DNA of 64,000 bases from Coniocarpon cinnabarinum (Eukaryota): NCBI GenBank assembly GCA_051942205.1, contig JAVECO010000101.1:1-64000 (forward strand), given 5' to 3'. A model generated the notes under the pieces. The model worked only from the letters and a program-made list of their open reading frames with translations. It did not search any database and was not told where the DNA came from. The position numbers were made by a program, and so were the translations under genes. Below, one piece after another: positions 58,455 to 64,000 of the stretch (position 1 is its first letter; every line of letters starts with the position of its first letter).

Positions 58455-60833
58455 ATGAAAACCTCCTCCGGGCTTGCGAGCCTCGGTCTCGCACTGCTTT
58501 CCCATCTCGCAACTCCCGTCGCCGCCCAGCAATCGACAGCCATCACCGGTGCTCCCGATGGTCAGGTTCAGCCCCGGTTAGAAATCAGACAGATGGAGGC
58601 CTCCAACCCTGATCAATGGAATCTGTTCTTGCTGGCCACCGCTCAATTCCAGAACACCTCGCACGAAGACATCATGGGTTGGTATCAGCTCGCGGGTATC
58701 CACGGCATGCCCTACGAACCGTGGAACGGCGTCAGTGGCACCAATCCAGGTCAAGGATACTGCCCACACTCCATGGCCATCTTCATCTGCTGGCACCGTG
58801 CATATACCTTGGCCTGGGAGCAGCAGACGCTCATCAATGCCCAGGCGGTCGTGAACCAATTCCAGGGGGCAGATCGGGCCCGTTACCAGACCGCGCTGAG
58901 CACCATGCGTCTTCCATACTGGTAAGTGGCGTACCTCGTGTACAGGTTGCAGTGCGTGGCTCACTCGCAGTTCAGGGACTGGGCTGAGATCCCCCCGTCT
59001 AACAATAATGCCGACTGCATGCCGCCATCCCTCTACCAGCCGCAGGTCACCGTGAACACTCCCTCCGGCTCTCAGTCGATCCCCAACCCCCTCTACGCCT
59101 TCTACAACATGGTTCCCCATGACGACGGTGATTTCGCAAGCGTGGGTGGTGGTGACTGGTCTGACTGGAAGACGACGCTGCGATACCCGACCTCGCAAGA
59201 CATTTCCGCCCAGTCAGACGACCGTAGCGCAGCCACCAACCTGGGCATTAACAACCCCACCGCACGTGCTCAGGTGTACCGCGTCCTGACCGCTTGCCAC
59301 AACTTCCTTGAAATCTCCAACGACGGTGTCGCCGAACAGGACCCGAATTGTGCGGCCTCGCTTGAAGCCATCCATAACGGCATTCACACTTTCACAGGTG
59401 GTCCCACCAACTCGGGTCACATGACCTACAACAATTTCGCTGGCTTCGACCCCATCTTCTACCTGCACCATGCCAATGTGGACCGTCTCTTTGCCATGTG
59501 GCAGGCGCTCAATCCGGGCAGCTACATGCCGTCCACTAACTCCGGCGGGAGTTCCACGTTCACCATCAACGCGCAACAGAGTCTTGACGGAAACACACCC
59601 CTCGCGCCGTTCGCCGGCGCCAATGGCCAATACTACACCTGCAACAGCGTGCGCGACGTCACCCAACTTCGGTACACTTATCCAGAGCTCCAGTCAGGCA
59701 ACGTCGCCGACGCCGTTGAGAGTCTCTACGGCGCCAGCGCCGTCGCACAGACCGTGTCCTCTGCCAGCCGATCCTCCACTGCTAGCTCTTCTTCATCTAC
59801 ATCGGCCTCTGGCTCCAACACCTCTTCCAGCGTCGGCAGTACCTCTGCGACCGCGACTGGCTCTCCATCGACCATTGTCACGACCAACAGCCAGGGCTCC
59901 ACGATCACGACCACGTCTGTGCCGACCAGTGGTTCCGCTGCTGGTGGCTCTTCGACTGTCATCACCACTGACAGCCGTGGCTCCACCATTACCACTGTGA
60001 CCTCCGGATCCGCGGCTGGCGGTAGCGCTGGCAGCAGCCCCACCACCGTGGTCACCACCAACAGCCAAGGCTCCACCATCACGACCACCATGTCCGGCAC
60101 AGCTGGCGGCAATGCTGGCAGCAGCCCCACCACCGTCGTTACGACTAACAGCCAAGGTTCCACCATCACGACCACCATGTCCGGAACGGCCGGTGTCGGC
60201 GGCTCTGCCTCGGGCAGCGGCTCGGGTGGCTCTTCAAGCTTCCACGTCCCCTACCCCACCGGTGGCCTCGGCAACTCCTCCAGCAACGGCACCAACAGTG
60301 GCCACGACTACACCTGCCACGTCGTCGCCGAGAAGCACGGTCTGGGCGGTACTTTCACCATCTTCGGCTTCCTGGGCAACAACGCCGACAACTCTCCCAA
60401 CAACTGGCTCTCGTCTCCCGACTTCTGCGGTGCGCACTCTGTCTTTGCGCCAATTGATGCGGACACCAGCAACAAGATGCTGGTCGCTGGTCATATCCCC
60501 TTGACGAGATGTCTCCAGCAGAAGGTCGCGGCGGGTGCGTTGAGCTCGCTTGAGGAGCCCGACGTTCTGCCGTACTTGGCGAAGAACTTGCAATGGAAGG
60601 TCGCCACCGCGCAGGGCAAGGTCGTGGATAACTCCCAGGTGCCGGGTCTGACCGTCGGCGCCGTCAGTCAACCGGTGTCGCCACCGTCGCGACCGGGCCA
60701 GTTGCCCACGTACGGCAATGCCCACTTGGCCAACAATGTCACCAGTGGCAAGCCCGGTGGTATCCAGAATGGTATGCAATACAACTGGTGGGACACTTGC
60801 GCGTCAAGTGCAGTGCCGCATAAGGAGCTGTGA
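58455..60833 (+). CDS. Secreted tyrosinase/polyphenol oxidase (type-3 copper) with internal Ser/Thr repeat linker and C-terminal shielding domain; exons 58455-58921 and 58976-60833
   Basis: Signal peptide; CuA GIHGMP..YCPH..WHRAY; RLPYWDW across the intron; CuB EAIHNGIH..GHM..FDPIFYLHHANVDR; YTYPEL and LYG; C-domain GGTFTIFGFLG..IPLT..YLAKNLQWKV. Confidence 0.93.
59859..60194 (+). repeat. Intragenic tandem repeats: four copies of the T(I/V)(V/I)TT(N/D)SxGSTITT core, two as near-perfect 87-nt units (60015-60101, 60102-60188)
   Basis: Visible in both DNA and translation. Confidence 0.85.
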
Positions 60834-62268
60834 GCAATTGAGAGAGTGTTGGGTGAAGAATTTGGATCTTTGAATGATATGTTTTGAAATATGAAAGGCG
60901 CCTGCTGCACAGCGCGGGCTTGATCTTGGCAGAGCTGCGCATTGAATACAAACATACAAGACAGCATTGATATCGACATGGACATGCATGACGGGTTGAT
61001 TGAGGAGGTTTTGTGTGATTAGAATGAAATACCCGTACATATTTGCATGTTTGACGGCACAGTGGTAATGGGAATGTCACTTTGACTGAATCGTCTTCTC
61101 ATCGATGCTGGATTCGACGTGGCGTCATGTTGGTGCTTTCGCGATTGTGGACTTGGGGCGGTTGAAGTCGTTTTGAGGTGGTGTTGCACGTGCGGCAGAA
61201 TACCCCTTGCATTTGCAGTCACGCAGGTCTCATCCATTTGAATGCCGGATTTAGACCTGACGAAGATCCAATGACCTAGCGGTCTCGTGGATGCGCTTGT
61301 CTGCGTAAGACTCCGAGCTATCATTGACTATGTACCTCATATCCTTCAATGATGGGCTCGCATTCGACATCAACGATGTGAACCCAAGTGGATGTGATCA
61401 GGGATCTGTGCAAGGCGTTGTTAGAAAGTGCGTAGGAAACGATCTTGTAAATGATCACGCACGACGTGGCATCACTCGCTAGCATAGCTCTGTTCATCAT
61501 CGATCGAACGACTTTCCTGGAAGGCGCGTTGCTGCTTCAGAGTCGATACTAAAGAGAGCCGGTGCCTGTTTCGTTGTACGAACAGAAGCACAATGTTATT
61601 TCGCGAGTACTCAGCTGATATTGAGAGATGGGTATGTGCTATTCGAAGAAACTGCCGTAATGCAGCAATCCCGGAGTGACTTGATGTGTTTAGGAAGGTA
61701 GTAAGAGAGGACGCTGATATCAGACGGCTTTAAAAGGTATGAGACCCAGGTGAAAGGGATATTACAAGGCAAGATTCTGAAATAGCCCTAGGATTGCTTG
61801 TATATAATCTCTCGAATTCTTAAAACATTTGTGCTCTACATCCTAGGATATTTGTTGCGCTGGACGAAGCAACTGCTTCGACTGAGCAGATGGACTATCT
61901 CAGAGATTCCAAAAGACCATGACATTTCCCTGACTGGAGGATATCAACTGGAAGGTTCATGATTGGGATGTGCTCAAGCTGCTGAGACATGGCAAGAGGT
62001 GAGATTTTTGAGTCGATATGTGTGATATAAAGTGTCACTCAGACGTGCGTACACATTTAAGGATCGTCCCATCCCGTCATGCGGTCGTGTCTGCGCTCAA
62101 GTAACGTCGCCAGCGCCACTGAAAGCATGACGTGCAGAGCGTAGATGACACGTAGCCATGTGTCATATATCTACCCACCATTACCACCATCGCACCGCTA
62201 TCCCATCCCTTTATTAAATTTATACCCAATCTCCACACCAATATACAATACCACAAATTACCTCTCCG

Positions 62269-63980
62269 TCAACTCCCCAGCCCATCCTCCCTCCCGACCC
62301 AATCCAACCAATTCACAACCATCATAGCCTTGACCAAATTACTCTCCATATTCGCATGCGTCCCATCCAAACTCTCACTCTGCACCGTCAAATTAAACAT
62401 GCCCAGGACGTCGAACCCGCGCCAGCTCAGCCAGGCGCGCATCTCCCGCTCGAAGGTCATGAGCTTGATGTTGTTCTGGCCGAGGACGAAGAAGGGGTTC
62501 TTGTGGAGGCCTTGGGCGTTGGGGCTGATCCAGAGGCGAGGTGGTGGATCGTTTACTGCTAGTGAACGTGGAGCGCGGGTTTTGATGCTGGCGTCGACGC
62601 TGGAGTCAGGAATAGAGTCGTCTCGGCTTTTCAGAATGGGACCGGTGGCGTCTTTGGTCTCGGGGGCAGGTTTTGATGCGTCGTCCTTTTTGTTCTTCTC
62701 TTCTTCCTCTTTGGGCGACGGTGGTGGGGGTGGCGGTCGCTCAAAGCCTTCGACGACTTCGCCCATCGCCCCTTCGAAAGCACTGATCCACCTCTGCGCC
62801 GGTTCAACCTCGAAATCATCCCATCCTCCCTGTCCGAACACGAAGACCTCCCGCTTCCCTCCATTTTTAACCCCCTTCTTAAACTCAGCCAGCTCCCCTT
62901 CCTTGGGCGGATCCTTGACACTCGGCAGAAAATCGATTACCGCCGTGGTAGACTGCGGACACTTCATACTGCCCGCATCGTTCATGTAGACCATCTCCGT
63001 GCCGATGGCCGCAAAGCCCTCACGCGCGCAGTCGTGCTCGTCGAAGAGCGTGTGGCATTGACAATCGAGGTTCTTGGGGTTACCGGGGCGCCAAGTCGCG
63101 CGCGCGCCGGTGGAGAGATCTTCACGAAGGAGAATGTTGAGGGATTGGGCGAGGTGGCGCATCATGCTGTCCCCGACGAGGTGGATGGCGCGGAAGCGGG
63201 AGAGGATTGTGCAGAGTTCGGAGGTGGTGTACCAACGCATGTCTGGAGTGACGATGGAATGTCAGTGAATTGTCGTGTTCTAGGTGGTCTGTCGTTGCTG
63301 TGTTTTACGTTGGTCTACGTCGAGTGATGTGCGTCGAGTCAATGCCGACATCAGACGTCTTTCTTGGCTGTCTCGACAAGGAGACTCCCTACCGTCTCAC
63401 AGCCAAAGTTGCTCAAACAAGAACAATGACCGTCAACATTCACGACAGCTTTTAAATCCCGTCATGGCCGACATTATTATTTTCCAGACAAGAAAGAAGA
63501 ATACTCACCACAATCCCGAGTCTGATAAGGGGCGTCGAATCCAATACGTCCCCCATCCGACATGGCATCCATCAAGCTCGCCCGATCTCGACACAACGCC
63601 TTGGTTGGCCGATACAGCTGCAACGACGAAAAGCTACATGACGGCGTCTGCTTGAAATGGGCGAGCGCATCGACATGTGTATAGGGGCTGAAATCGGCTT
63701 GACTGATCCAGGCGCCGACATGCTATGCAGCAACTGGTAGTTAGCATCAGGTCCCACATCCAGAACGAAAAGGACGAGGCCAAATCAATTCTGTGTATGG
63801 GTCTTTTTTGGGTGCTAGTCTCTGGATATGTTTCATGTGAAATACACTCACCTCGCGAATGTGCGTCGGACTGCTCTGTCGCTTCGGCAGTGCAATCAGG
63901 AGTAAGAGAATTGCCGCGACGAGGCCAAACCATCGTCTATGATTACGCACGAGCGCTAGAGCCTCGTCGACGAATGTCAT
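62269..63980 (-). CDS. Type II membrane protein with SGNH/GDSL-like (GDS...DxxH) domain, 3 exons
   Basis: N-terminal TM (WFGLVAAILLLLIALP); spliced exon 2 ..LCRDRASLMDAMSDGGRIGFDAPYQTRDC/DMRWY; VGDSMMRH and SLDGTH motifs; canonical introns. Confidence 0.75.
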
Positions 63981-64000
63981 GAATTCGACATGTAAGTTTG

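Noticed and set aside
60834..62268. ORF-poor, somewhat AT-richer interval as a possible transposon relic or ncRNA
   Set aside because: No terminal repeats, transposase/RT fragments or tRNA/snRNA/5S signatures recognised; it lies between convergent 3' ends.

Overview
Gene-dense eukaryotic DNA from a filamentous ascomycete (Pezizomycotina, inferred from short GT-AG introns with CTRAC/CTRAY branch sites and the gene content). About 30 protein-coding genes or candidates were reconstructed by hand, several invisible in the ORF track because of introns: noxA and noxD/pro41 (head-to-head), SWR1, complex I NDUFB8, alpha-arrestin, HAD hydrolase, PHB1, QCR8, small orphan membrane ORFs, PEX4, RRP46, NAD kinase, a secreted thaumatin-like protein, a SYLF protein, an SDR, RRP7, NUP85, a Sef1/Leu3-type Zn2Cys6 factor, an APC permease, a PTH11-like receptor, a GPI mucin-like protein, a PQ-loop-like protein, TIM9, a Sac7-like RhoGAP, a secreted tyrosinase and an SGNH-type protein. 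No tRNA, rRNA, transposon or CRISPR was recognised. Main observations: (1) both membrane subunits of the NADPH oxidase share a divergent promoter with three CGGCGCTT motifs resembling the PRO1/ADV-1 site; (2) about 7 of 37 inferred introns use AAG acceptors, one of them with a GC donor; (3) a mucin gene may tune its stalk length by in-frame alternative splicing; (4) the tyrosinase carries a tandem-repeat Ser/Thr insert between catalytic and shielding domains. All family assignments come from motif recognition by eye, not database searches.
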